64,000 nucleotides of DNA, from contig OX597820.1 of the NCBI GenBank assembly GCA_951406725.2, forward strand, positions 95,356,001 to 95,420,000. Reading direction: 5' to 3'. The position numbers were made by a program, and so were the translations under genes. Of the stretch, positions 41,943 through 55,199 are shown piece after piece; the first letter of the stretch is position 1; every line of letters starts with the position of its first letter. The notes beneath the pieces are model-generated. The model ran no database searches. It saw only the letters and a program-made list of their open reading frames with translations, and was not told the DNA's origin. The DNA is from Octopus vulgaris (lineage: Eukaryota).

Positions 41943-42331
41943 CTTGCAGTATCGCCCGGCGTTACTCGGGTGTGTAAGGGAAATAACTATATAAGCATTT
42001 TTAGAGATGTAAAGTATAATAGCTATCTCAATATGGCCAACCCCAAAGGTTACTGTAGCTTTTTACGTTCTGAGATTTAATAATAAATTTTTAGAGAGTT
42101 ACTTCCCTTATATATGCCAAAAATGCATTAAAAATGGGAAAAATTGATGGTCAATTTTTTAAAAAATCGTAGACTCATCGTAGACGCACGCTAATATCCA
42201 GAAGGGCTCGATATGAATCACGACTATAAGATACCCGGTTTTGGTTAAACTGCACCGCAAAATGTGGGAGTAGTTAGGAATCTAAATCGTAGGAGACAGA
42301 CAGCACACAACCTCTCTTTTATATATAAAGA
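41943..42331 (-). mobile_element. Non-autonomous Helitron
   Basis: Minus-strand 5' TCTTTATATATAAAA, 3' hairpin CCCGAGTAACGCCGGG followed by C(A)AG (CTAG variant). Confidence 0.75.
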
Positions 42332-43665
42332 TATTCGTTATTTTTTGCAGAGTTATTTCCGGCTTTGGAGCGCTAAAACGAAGACATTTGAAATATACCT
42401 CCAAATACAATTGACAGAACTGCATGCATGTTCTCTTTTGTGTGGACGTATCGTGTACAGTTCTGCAAATTATATTTTCTATGACGTCCGCATTGATGAA
42501 TTGCCGATATTTACGTATGTAAATATGTAAATGGTAACAATGAAATCTGGTATGTGACTAATCATTATATTTTGTATCTTTTCATTTGTCTTGCTCGCTT
42601 ACTTTCTGGCGTTTGACGAATTTTCTTGGAAACAACTTTTTCTTAGTGGTCAGACCATATTGGGTCTACATTTAGTATACTGGTTGTCCACCCAGTGGTC
42701 ACTCCTTTTACATGTATGTAATATAATTTTTCTGAATCTTCAGATTTTTTCAACATGCTAGGCTACTGGTTTAAATTGATATTAATCAAATTAATATCAA
42801 ATCTAAATAATAAAGGTAAAAGATTGATATTAATTTGATTAATATTAATTTTTTTAATCTAAATTTATATATATATATAATTTTTGTATGCATAAAGCAT
42901 TAATCGACAATCATTATGCATATGATACTGAAAATATGAAAAGGTGTATCCGCATAAAATATATCACTTTTTGTGAAGATGATAATGAATAATGAATATG
43001 TGATGCAATTCTAGCGATGTTTTTAGGGGTTGAGGGAGAGTGGATTCATTCAAGTTTCGATCTACTTTTGAGTATTTCCATTTCGATGCGTTTCTGAACA
43101 CTTTTGCCAATATATTATCACGCTGCTTCACTAGTTCAAGAGTCATAACCACCAGAGACACGAAACTAGCATTATGAGTCCTGACGCCCAAGGCTCTAAT
43201 AAAATATACATATACTATATTTTTTTGTGTGTGTGGGGTAAGTATATCCAAAATTGAATATTGTTGGGTACTACGATCATGATACAAAAGAAACAGAAGC
43301 AATCATTTGATACTTCTGTTAAGTAAAATATCTTTGCATATAACTTAAATATTATCACGTATATTCTCTTAGTCAATTCATAATTTTAACAGCATAGTTT
43401 AGAAGTAGTCATATTCACATTTGGTTAACAAAACCGTTTTGATAAATCGAATTTGTAGTATTTACTCACAAATTTAATTCATTAAAACATTTAATTTAAT
43501 AAAGCATAATTTTGAATAGTAGGCTAGTTTTCCTATCTTTTGAGCAATCGAAAAAGTGTAAATATAATGTTATAGCAAAGAACTGCAAAGGGGTAAAATG
43601 CATGTAACAAAACGGCAATAACTGAAAACAATCTTTTAAACAAAATACAGTTCAGTATGTAATGT

Positions 43666-45335
43666 TTAATTGTGAATACCATTAGAACATAAATGACTGT
43701 CTGTGTTACTGGACGGAGATATATCGATGGGAGAAAGTTTATTAACAAGGTTTGACTGTTTATCTGAATGAACCGAATCATTGCTGTAATATGGCCGAAG
43801 AGGGTGAAATTTTTCTTCTTCAGGCGAGTGTTTTTTTAAAGTAGACATGCTACTAGAACGTTGTTGTTTAAGGTGTCTTTTAGGAAATATTTCATCTTCT
43901 TTGTTTGATCTGTTCACTTCCTTTTGCACATTTTCGGCGGATGTGGCATTTGCTGAGCTTGAAAGTAGCATGTAACCGTTTTGTCTCCTAAATGATGGAG
44001 ATGGTGAAGATGACAATGTTTTTTCATCACTATTCGTTTTCTCTTCATTTTCTATTTTATCTACATCTACTACAACAATTCTTATTTCCGTTTTATTCTT
44101 TTCTTTCCCCTCTTCGATGTCTGGAGTAATTGTCGTATCTTTCTCTTCAGATTCTCCTTCATTCATTTTAGAACGCGTTAGTGTTTCTGTTTTTTCTTCT
44201 GGAACAATAGATAAACTGGAATTACATTTTAATCGCTGATGTACTGGTGCCCATTTGGGTGAATATAGAGTGTGATGACACGACTGAGGACAACCTCTAC
44301 GTGTGTTGAGTTTGTAATGATCACCATTGATGCAACGTTTTCCACACTTAAAATCGCGTAATACTGTTTGAAAGCGTGTCTGTGATATACCAGTATCAGA
44401 AGATGAAGACGACGACGAAGAGGAATCAGAGTTCCCTTCTTCTCCCGTGACGCCATTAATGCTACCCGTTAAGGCTTCTTCTTCTTCTGACTGAGAATTT
44501 ATCTTACTCAGACCATGGTGCAATGTTTCAAGTGGGATCATTGTTGAGTTAGAACCATCAAACCTCGTGCATACTTGCTGAAGAAGTTGACTGCAACTGA
44601 GTAATTTTTCTTCCTCCGAGCAATTTCCTGCCAAACATGAAGCCGTTGTATCTTTCAGACATTGCAGTTTCTCATCGTTCTCTTGGGATTTACAAGCCGT
44701 GAAAACGATGTCAGCTGTGATTTGTTTACTGAGCTCCTCGAGAGATTTATCACTTTCAGCCACTTGTAACTTGAGACATTCCTCACAAATCGGACAAAAG
44801 CATTTAGAAGTACTCTCGTTTACATTTTCCTTGACATTCATGCTGTACTTGGTGCTGGTTATTTTGTCGCTGGTTGCTCGTTTCTCGATAGAGAAGAGTT
44901 TTAGAAACGAAGCCAGTCGCACAGATCCCCAAGACGCTTGATGTTGGCGATTGCCGTATCGACCATAGCCCTGCGATATAGTCGATTCTTCTAACCGGCG
45001 ACAGAAATTTGTGCAATCCCGTTTAAACTGCTTTGTGAAGATTGCGTAAAGAAACGGGTTAGCACAACTGTTTAGTGGCAATACGAAGATCGTAAAAAAC
45101 TTTGCTTCTTCAAGAGAGATTAATTCTTTTCCGAACATGGCTGTCAGCGATAAAATTGTGATTGGCATCCAGCAAAGAAAATCAGTAAAAATGAGAAGAG
45201 ACATTCTCTTTGCCACGCGAACATCAGGTGAATTCCATGCTTTTGAGTCACGGATGTCGCAGTACATTTTCAGATAACATGACATGATGACTAGGAAAGA
45301 TGTTCCATTAAAAACCATAATGAAGCAGACATACA
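43666..45335 (-). CDS. Terminal coding exon of an LGR-family GPCR, bursicon receptor (rickets/LGR type B)-like: TM5-TM7 plus about 455-aa C-terminal tail
   Basis: ORF 43666..45486 contains YVCFIMVFNGTSFLVIMSCYLKMY, AWNSPDVRVAKRMSLLIFTDFLCWMP and AKFFTIFVLPLNSCANPFLYAIFTKQFKRDC. These match glycoprotein-hormone/LGR motifs and closely resemble insect rickets (YLKMYWAIRGSQAWN..RIAKRMALLVFTDFLCW, recalled). Polypyrimidine acceptor ttcttctcttttacag ends at 45336; the first 50 ORF residues are intronic. Phase 1. Confidence 0.93.
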
Positions 45336-45448
45336 CTGTAAAAGAGAAGAAGAAATTTAGAATGCTATTCATCATAAGGCTTCGCATATATTTAATACAA
45401 GAAAGAAATTGCATACGAAACATGGTTAGACTTAACATACTACATAGA

Positions 45449-46691
45449 CAGGGGTTTGACAAAATAATGGAAATACCTAATATCATAGCATCATAATTTT
45501 GAAAAATTTATAAAACCGTCAAAAGCTTGTTTATATTTATGTTTTTTGATTTATTATTAGTGTTGCTTAATATGTTTTGCTAAAATTGCTTTTTCTTTTC
45601 AGATATCAGAAAAATGGTAATTGAAATTCATTAAAATGACAGATCTGTCGGACTTTCAAAGAGGTCAAATTTATTGGTGCTAGTATGGTAGGCGCTAGGA
45701 AAATGAAAACGGCCGAAATATTTGGTGTATCAAGAAGAACTGTCTCGAAAGCGACGACAGCCTTTGAGAAAGAGGGAAAAACCTCCTCGTCGAAACAAAA
45801 CTGCGGAAGAAAACCAAAAACTTTCAGATAGGGACCGTCGGACTCTTACGCGAATTCTTAGAAAGGTTCACAAAATTACAACGCCCAAAATTACTGCAGA
45901 GCTTAATGACCACCTCGAGAACCCAGTTTCTACAAAAACTGTTCGCCGGGAGCTGCACAAAGCCGGATTTTACTGGAGGGCTGCAATAAGAAAACTTCTA
46001 CCTTTAAAAACAAACGTTGCAAAGCGTTTAGAGTGGAGTAAAAACCTATATAATTTGTCCCTAGAGCAGTGGAAGAATGTTATTTTTTTCGGACAAGTCA
46101 TTTTTTACCTTATTTCCGACCCTCGAGTATACGTGTGGAGACAGCCAAAGAAGAATTTGACCCAGACTGCCTTCTTCCAACTGTTAAATATGGATGATCT
46201 GGGGTGGGGTATATCTTGGAAATCCGCCGGTCCAATGGTTTCCCTTCGTGACAGAATTAATAGTCAAGACTATTTAAGCACTTTATCTTATTGTTGCAGA
46301 ACTGTTTCCGGAGGGAAACTCAATCTTTCAGGAAGATAATGCACTAATTCATACAGCTAAAGTTGTTACCGAATGACACGAGGAACATTATAGTGAAGCG
46401 AACATCTTATCTGGTCACCACAGTTCCCAGATCTCTATATTATTGAATAATTATGGTGCATTTTAGAAAAACAAATAAGGAGTCGATATCCCCCACAAAC
46501 ACCACTACAAGTACTGGAGAATGTTTTAGCTGAAGAATGCACTAAAATTGCTTTGGAAACAATTCAAACTTTGTACATGTCCATACCTCGTAGAATGCAA
46601 GCTGTAATTACTGCCAAAGGCGGTTCTAGCCCAGAGTAAAATAAATTTGTTTGAAATGTTAAGGTGTTTCCATTATTTTGTCCAACCCCCG
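45449..46691 (+). mobile_element. Second copy of the DD36E Tc1-like family, more decayed
   Basis: Same TIRs and coding sequence as 16574-17839. ORF 45722-46339 is partial. Confidence 0.9.
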
Positions 46692-47078
46692 TATTAAGTA
46701 ATTTATAAAGACATTTAAATAACATAAACATGTATAAGAAAGAAATTCATATTACACATCTTACGTGATAGATGGCTTTGGTTATGAAATGTATACATAA
46801 AATGAAATTGATATTAAAAATATTTTTATTAAAAATATCTGATTGATAAGGTAAGAGAGGTTATTTGTAAAGGAAAGTAAAAAGAGGTAACTTAAAAAAG
46901 AGACTGATTAAAATACAGACAGTACATTCAGAAGATATATGTGGTAGATTATTAATTTTATTGTCTTATGTTATTTAGTCTCGACTATCTACATTCTGAG
47001 ATCGAATACGTTGGTACGTACCTATCTATCTACATTAATTTTACACATAATGCACACACACACACACATACACACACA

Positions 47079-47123
<45 letters not shown>

Positions 47124-47247
47124 GCACACACACACACACACATTATTTGTAGTTTTATTGCTTCGAAATTCACGGTTCCAGAAAAGAATTGTTTCAAGCT
47201 CTCGAAATTTATAAATTTTTATTATATTCATCTATCTATCTATTTAT

Positions 47248-47310
<63 letters not shown>

Positions 47311-47311
47311 A

Positions 47312-47398
<87 letters not shown>

Positions 47399-47411
47399 GT
47401 CTATCTATCTA

Positions 47412-47492
<81 letters not shown>

Positions 47493-47501
47493 ACATACGT
47501 A

Positions 47502-47822
47502 AAGGGTAAAAAAACCCTTCTGTCATGAATGTCCATGAGATTGCACCTAGAAAGTTACCCTCCGAGGCACAAGTCCGTGCAAGATTGTTTATGAAGACCA
47601 GCAGTTGCCCATACATACCAACCTCCCCTCTCCACGCCACCGATGTTATCCAAGGGAAAGGCAAAGGCCGACACAGCTTGGCACCAGTGACGTTGCAACA
47701 CATATTTACTGCTGAGTGATGTGGAGCAACGCGAAATAAAGTGTCTTGCTGAAGAACACGACACGCAGCCCGTTCCGATGAGTGTGAGTCCGACGTTCTA
47801 ACCACTGAGCCATGTGCCATGC
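47502..47822 (-). mobile_element. tRNA-derived SINE family C
   Basis: Minus-strand head TGGCTCAGTGGTTAGA, then ttcagcaagacacttt, and a ttacccttta tail. Confidence 0.65.
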
Positions 47823-48254
47823 ATAATACATAATACATATATACACATATATATATATATGTACTTGTTTGATATTTACTTAATAGTTTAAGTAGGAATC
47901 AAGACAGTTATATCTGGCAGACATACTTTAAAATTGCAAACCCAATTGCTTCTTACCACTTATACCACTTTAAAACATTTATCTAATCTAATGGTTTTTG
48001 ATAAACCATAACTTGTCCTTTCCATCATAATGTCGTAGACACAGGCAAAACTTAATAAAACTTTACAGACGATATATCCGTTAGTTCCGTGTTAGTAACT
48101 GATATTTTTCATCGACTTGATAACTGAAATATAACTACACGTTCCCAAACGCACTCTTACCCCACCCCACCTCTCACATTATTTTCACTACAACGATACT
48201 TCAGTTTAATGCTTGACTGCTTTTATATATAACTATACGTAAGAACAAACGTTA

Positions 48255-48301
<47 letters not shown>

Positions 48302-48644
48302 TACACATACACACACACACATATATATATATATATATTTCTATATATATGTATATGCATGTGTGTGTGTTGCGGGTGTGTGTGTGTATAACTGTGTGGG
48401 TATGTGCGCGTCTGTGTGTTTGTGTGTATGTATGCGCGTGCGTGCTTGTTCTTTTTATTTTGTTTTATCCACGACTTCGACAGTGCTACACTCTGAGAGT
48501 TGATTCTTCAGTGTTTTCTGCTGTCGTTATGTTCAGAATTCCAGATATCGTAAGTTTATGGCGATATAGTATCTCTAATTTCTCTGATTTTATGTAACTG
48601 TAGACGTTCCTTTGTCCTGGTTGTCACTAAATAGCTTCGCAATG

Positions 48645-48706
<62 letters not shown>

Positions 48707-48758
48707 AATTATAAAAGGAAAATACGCACACTTACATAGTTTTGATATAATTTTTAAT

Positions 48759-48793
48759 ATATCAACCGGTTTCGCTATCGCTATTCATGATAT
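48759..48793 (-). ncRNA. Minimal type I hammerhead variant (A3:U8)
   Basis: ATATC-ATGAATA-GC-GATA-GC-GAA-ACCGGT-T-GATAT. Confidence 0.5.
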
Positions 48794-48881
48794 TATGTTT
48801 TACTTATTTGAATATATATTTTTCTTAAGAAGAAATATCTATGTTGTGTGTGATGAAATTCACGAGGGAATGACTTCACAA

Positions 48882-48960
<79 letters not shown>

Positions 48961-49308
48961 ATCTTCACTCAAGTTATGTCATAACTTGTCTGAAAATCTC
49001 TCTACACCTACAATTGAAGCTCACAGTGGCAAGAAACTGAATCGAGCGAAATACTATATAGTATGTATAATATGTGTGTGTGTGTGTGTGTGTGTAATGT
49101 AAACTTCATATATTTAAAGTATCCTTGGCCTGAAGAGTAGCTAGCAGTCTACCCCTCGTTTGGATGATTTACTACTTCCGACGTTCCGCTAGCTATGAAA
49201 CATTGAAACATGTAGCCTGGATTGTTATCTACTCCATTCCCTAATTTTTTGATATTGTGCGTGTGTGTGCGTGCGTGCGTGTATGTGTGTGTGTGTGTGT
49301 GTGCGTGC

Positions 49309-49346
<38 letters not shown>

Positions 49347-49831
49347 ATTCCTCATTTTGAACTGTATTGGCGCAACAGCTGGATCATATTTCGAGCTGAA
49401 AGCGTTGGGAGAGCCCTGAAGTTTCGAATCAATTTTGATCGGGATGGGTCTTATGCGACACAAGTGTATGTAGCTAAAATTTAGCTTAGACGATTAAGGG
49501 TCTGTGTTGGCCAGAACATTGTTGTTCCTGACATACCATAGTGTATACTCAAGCAACTGATGAAGAATGCCAACGCGCTGGTTAACATTATTCGTGCCAA
49601 TAGCTTTTGTGGCTGGTTATATATATTGGACACGTCACTTTGTAGGTTGTAAGTTATTGGCAGTTTTGAACATTGCATGTATTCCGTATTCGACAGGTTC
49701 TAGATTACTTGTCAGCAAGAAAGAACGAGTGATTTATTTCATAACGTCCGCCACTGAATAATTCAGTCTGTTACTTCGAATAAGGGGAAAATAGGAATGA
49801 TCAAATCTATGCTTTTTATCAATAGCATTAG

Positions 49832-50193
49832 CTGAGGAGAGAGAGAGATGGATGGAGAGAGCATGGGAGATGGAGAGAGAAAGGGAAAGGGAGAGGTGAG
49901 AAGGAGAGAGGGAAAGAGGGCAAGGGGGAGAAGGGAGAGAGGTGGAAATGGGAGAGAGGGAGATAGAAAGACAGAGAAAAGGGAGGTGAGAGAAAGAAGA
50001 AGTGAGAGGAGAGAAGGGGAGAGAGAGATGGAGAGAGAGGGAGTGAATGGGAGAGAAAGATGGAGAGAGGGAGATGGGGAGAAAGAGGGAGAGAGGAGGA
50101 GAGAGGAGGTGAGATAGGGAGAGAAAGGGAGAGTGGGAAAGAGAGAGGAAGATGGAGAGAGAGGGAGAGAGAGAAAGAGAAAGCGGGAGAGGG
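49832..50193. repeat. Polypurine GA-rich low-complexity tract
   Basis: About 360 bp of almost exclusively G/A on the plus strand. Confidence 0.9.
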
Positions 50194-50325
50194 ATATATA
50201 TATATATATATACGTTTAAATATTTGTTGTGCAAGATTTTTTATGTGAAGTCGTGTGTTGAAACAGATATTTTGAAACAGTGTGTTTCTATTGGCTAAAC
50301 TGGCAATATGACCATTCCGAAATAT

Positions 50326-50445
<120 letters not shown>

Positions 50446-50841
50446 CATGACAATTACCTCTTGCTTTTGTAAACGATTCAAGAATGAAATATTTCATAAT
50501 CTGATTATCTTTTGATGATTTCTCAGAAGCGTTAGTGGCATGAAATGAAAGGACTTCAGAGAAAAACCAAGGCTTCTTACCTCGCCCAGAACAAACCGAC
50601 TAAAAATACTAATAGTTTCAATCAGCTACAAATAGCTGCCAAATCTCCTCAAATTTCACTCTACTCTACCATATTTGTAAATATGACACAAGGAAGATGT
50701 CGTTATGAATATAGAAAAAGGATGGGAAGGTTGTTTTCGGATCGCTTTTTGTTGGAATATTGCTCAACGACAATAACAACCAAACAATCCATACAACTGT
50801 TTTAACAAGATTGCATTGATGTGGAGGAAACAGTATAGCCA

Positions 50842-51073
50842 TTTCTTTACTACCCACAAGGGGCTAAACACAGAGGGGACAAACAAGGACAGACACACGG
50901 ATTAAGTCGATTATATCGACTCCAGTGCGTAACTGGTACTTATTTAATCGACCCCGAAAGGATGAAAGGCAAAGTCGACCTCGGCGGAATTTGAACTCAG
51001 AACATAACGGCAGACGAAATACGGCTACGCATTTCGCCCGGCGTGCTAACGTTTCTGCCAGCTCACCGCCTTA
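50842..51073 (-). mobile_element. SINE family B, full length
   Basis: aaggcggtgagctggcagaaacgttagc...gagttcaaattcc (B box)...gcctttcatcctttcggggtcgattaaataagtaccag. Confidence 0.85.
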
Positions 51074-51377
51074 AGCAGAAATAAATATTTGAAGAACTGC
51101 ATTTAGCCAAATTTGGGCATAGCGCCAGACTAAATGGCTTTCAGTGTCACTAAATGAATTCTATAACTCCAGAGAATCAGTATGTGTGTTTAACAGATTA
51201 AAGTAAATAGAACAGAATGATTTGGGAGAGACTTTAGTGTATAGAAACTTTACTGTATAGGCTGGATATTATAAAATATCAAAGGATGTATGATTCTTAA
51301 ATAAGTAAAATAATGCTCTATTACTGAAAATTATTAAGTCTAAACCATCAACACTCTGAGGCTTAAAATTCTAATCA

Positions 51378-51790
51378 CTCTTCTACTCTTTTACTTGTTT
51401 CAGTCATTTGACTGTGGTCATGCTGGAGCATCGCATTTAGTCGAGCAAATCGACCCGAGGACTTATTCTCTGTAAGCCTAGTACTTATTCTATCGGTCTG
51501 TTTTGCCGAACCGCTAAGTTACGGGGACGTAAACACACCAGCATCGGTTGTCAAGTGATGTTGGGGGGGGGGTAAAACACACACACACACACACAAACGT
51601 ACACCCCCCCACATATATACATATATACGGCGGGCTTCTTTCAGTTTCCATCTACCAAATCCACTCACAAGGCTTTGGTCGGCCCGAGGCTATAGTAGAA
51701 GACACTTGCCCAAGGTGCCACGCAGTGGGACTGAACCCGGAACCATGTGGTTGGTAAGCAAGCTACTTACCACACAGCCACTCCTACGCC
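51378..51790 (-). mobile_element. SINE family A, full length
   Basis: Reverse complement of 36671-37106. Confidence 0.85.
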
Positions 51791-52513
51791 TGATCTTTCT
51801 TTTCTTTCACGCAAACGGTGATGGGAAGATAGTGAGTTCCAAAGAAGTATTTATTCTATTATAATTACAATCGCAACGAAAACATAAATCATTAGCATTA
51901 ATAATGCTTCTTTTCAATGGCAAGAGATCTAAATCTAAAATTAACATTGATTGAAAATTGATTGGAGACGTAGTGGAGGAGTAGTAAGTTCTGTGGGTAT
52001 ATTTTACGTTTTATCTTTTACTTGCTTCAGACATTGGATTGCGGCCATGCTAGAGCACTGCCTTGAAGAGATTTTAGTGGAACACATAGACATCAGTACA
52101 TATTTAAAAAGAGAATCTGCTTCATATTCTATCGTTTTCTATTGTCGAAGCGATAAGTTATGGGGACATAAACAAACCAACAATGGTTGCCAGGAGGTGG
52201 TGGTGGGACAAAATTAGACTCAAAGAATTACACATAACCCCACCCATTATATATTTATATATTTATATAATTTTTTACTTCTTCCAGTCATTAGACTGTG
52301 GGCATACTAGGGCACCGTCTTGAAAAATTTTAATCGAACGAATTGACCCCGGTTATATTTTTAAGCATGGTACTTATTATATCGATTTTTTTGCCGAACC
52401 GCTAAGTTACGGAGACATAAACACACCAACATCTGTTGCCAAGTGGTGGTTGTGGGGATGCAAAGACACACACGTAGACACACACACGCACACACATATA
52501 TATGTATGTATGT

Positions 52514-52567
<54 letters not shown>

Positions 52568-52724
52568 GACAGGCTTCTTTTAGCTTCCGTCTACCAAATC
52601 CATTCATAAGACTTTATTCTACCGAGGCTATAGTTAAAGACATGTGCCAAAGGTGCCACGCAGAGGGACTGTACCCAGAACCGTGTAGTTGAGAAGCAAG
52701 CTTCTTACCACACAGCCACTCCTG

Positions 52725-52764
<40 letters not shown>

Positions 52765-52784
52765 CATACACACACACACATATA

Positions 52785-52830
<46 letters not shown>

Positions 52831-52831
52831 A

Positions 52832-52901
<70 letters not shown>

Positions 52902-54536
52902 TATTATATATATATGCAAAAATGTCGTAAGTCCAAAACGTTGTCTTTTTCAGAAAGCGAAAAAATAGTTTTCTTTTTAAATTAGCATCAGTTTCAACTT
53001 AACAATTACATAAAATCGTAATTCCATGCATGTATGATATTTTGAAGCAGAAATATTTTTGCAAAATGGTCTTATGTGGGACTTATTACACATTTGAAAA
53101 ATGCTAAACTGTTGACAATTTTTATAGCTTGGCATCTGAAGCAGCTGGAGAAACAATAATTTGACCAAAAGAACCGGCTATTTCAAACAAAATTAAATAT
53201 TGAAAACAAAAAAAAAACGCATTTGGGCAAATATGGACATACGACTGTTTAACATAACAGCAACGGCACACACACACACACACGCACACATATACGACGG
53301 GCTTCTACACTGTTTCCGACTACCAAATTCATTCAAGAGGCATATTGATCGGCCCGTGGTCATAGACCGGCTCGTGGTCTTAGAAGATACTTTCCCAAGG
53401 TTTTGCACTTTGAAACAGAACTCGAAACTATGTGGTTGCAAAGTGAGATTCTTAACTACACAGCTAAACTACATTGACAAAAACGTTTATATTTTTCTTT
53501 TAGTCTTGTTAGACTTTCTCACTGAAGCTATGGTCTTATATATTGTTAGACCTTAGAATGACTGTAAGAATACATAGAATGTATAGGATAATAAATAATG
53601 ACTTAGGAGAAATTTCTCAGTAATGCCTTCTGTATGCAGTACTTATAGTTAAGTGGAAGCTCAGTATATTACATCTGTTCGAAAAAATGAGGAAAATCAA
53701 TAGCGTTAATGAAAGTTTTGTCAAAGTGAAAACTCCAAAATTGAAATTAAGAACCAAATGATGGTAGTGGCGGTGATAGCAAGTCTGAACTTTCTATATT
53801 TTTTTTACAGTGCCAATGAAATAAATACGGTTGATTCAACATTACTGAATTTCTTTCCAATCAATTTACGGCAAAGTTTTTCAAAGTACGAAGATATCGT
53901 TATTATTGGCAACAGGAAATTAAATTCTAACCATCTTTTACGAAGGAAAACAAACAAACAAACCGCACAAAAACGCAACAGAAACATACCTATTTACGAA
54001 TTCCTGATTAGATATCAAGCTGCCATTATATGTGTTATCACTTTATATTTATGTCTATGATTTGTGAATCTTTCCTGACAGTTATTAGATTTCGTATTTA
54101 AAATATATAAATATAGAGAGAGTGAATTCCTTTCTTATATTTTGATTGAAGCTTTTCTCAAAAGGCACAAGTCATTTTTAAGAGAAATGAAAGAAACATC
54201 TGCACTGTCTCAGTAGATCATCTCATGGAAGGAACCGAGAAAAACTGTTCAAAAGCTGCTGTCTCTTCGTCTCATATATGAATCGTGACAACAGTAGTTC
54301 TCGTAGCGATCATCAACAAACTAGTGACTTTGGTGCAGAAAATACAGTGGGTACAAAGAGGATTGACATGTTTTTAACAATGGGCATGCACATAAGGCTC
54401 AGTCTGTAGGGCATCTGTCATCGTTGTTCAGAGATTAAGATTGGTTGTATGTAAGGACTCTCCTCACTTTAAAACATATCATGCACGGGTATCGAATGAC
54501 ATGTCGGCATCATCTTATACTTAAAACGAGGTATTG

Positions 54537-54608
<72 letters not shown>

Positions 54609-54627
54609 TTGTATATATGTATGTATG

Positions 54628-54661
<34 letters not shown>

Positions 54662-55005
54662 TGTATGTATGTATGTATGTACGTAAATATATATGTATGT
54701 ATGTATGCATATATATATGTATTATCGCATAGAAAAACAGAGGTATATCAAATACCATACAACATAAAATCTTGATTTATTAAAATTATCTCTGCCTGTA
54801 GAGGATGTGTCATAACTACCAAACGGAAACTGAGAATAGTTCTACATGAGAAGAAAAGATAATCCCAAGATTCAAAATGTCTTCAAAGTTGACATGCCAT
54901 TGACAAAAAGGACATGTTTATTGTCCGAAGATAAAAGGTCAGTCGTGGACAGTTATTATCTCTCTCCTGTCTCAACACTCTCTCCCTCCCCCTCTCTCTA
55001 TCTAT

Positions 55006-55043
<38 letters not shown>

Positions 55044-55131
55044 TCGGGGTGAGTACTTGATAATCGTAAGCACCGTTTGGTGTATGTATGCATGTATGTA
55101 TGAATATATATGTGCATGAATATATATATAT

Positions 55132-55199
<68 letters not shown>

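Noticed and set aside
45337-45486. N-terminal 50 aa of the 606-aa ORF
   Set aside because: Lies upstream of the splice acceptor and runs into a transposon TIR. GPCR homology begins at the acceptor.
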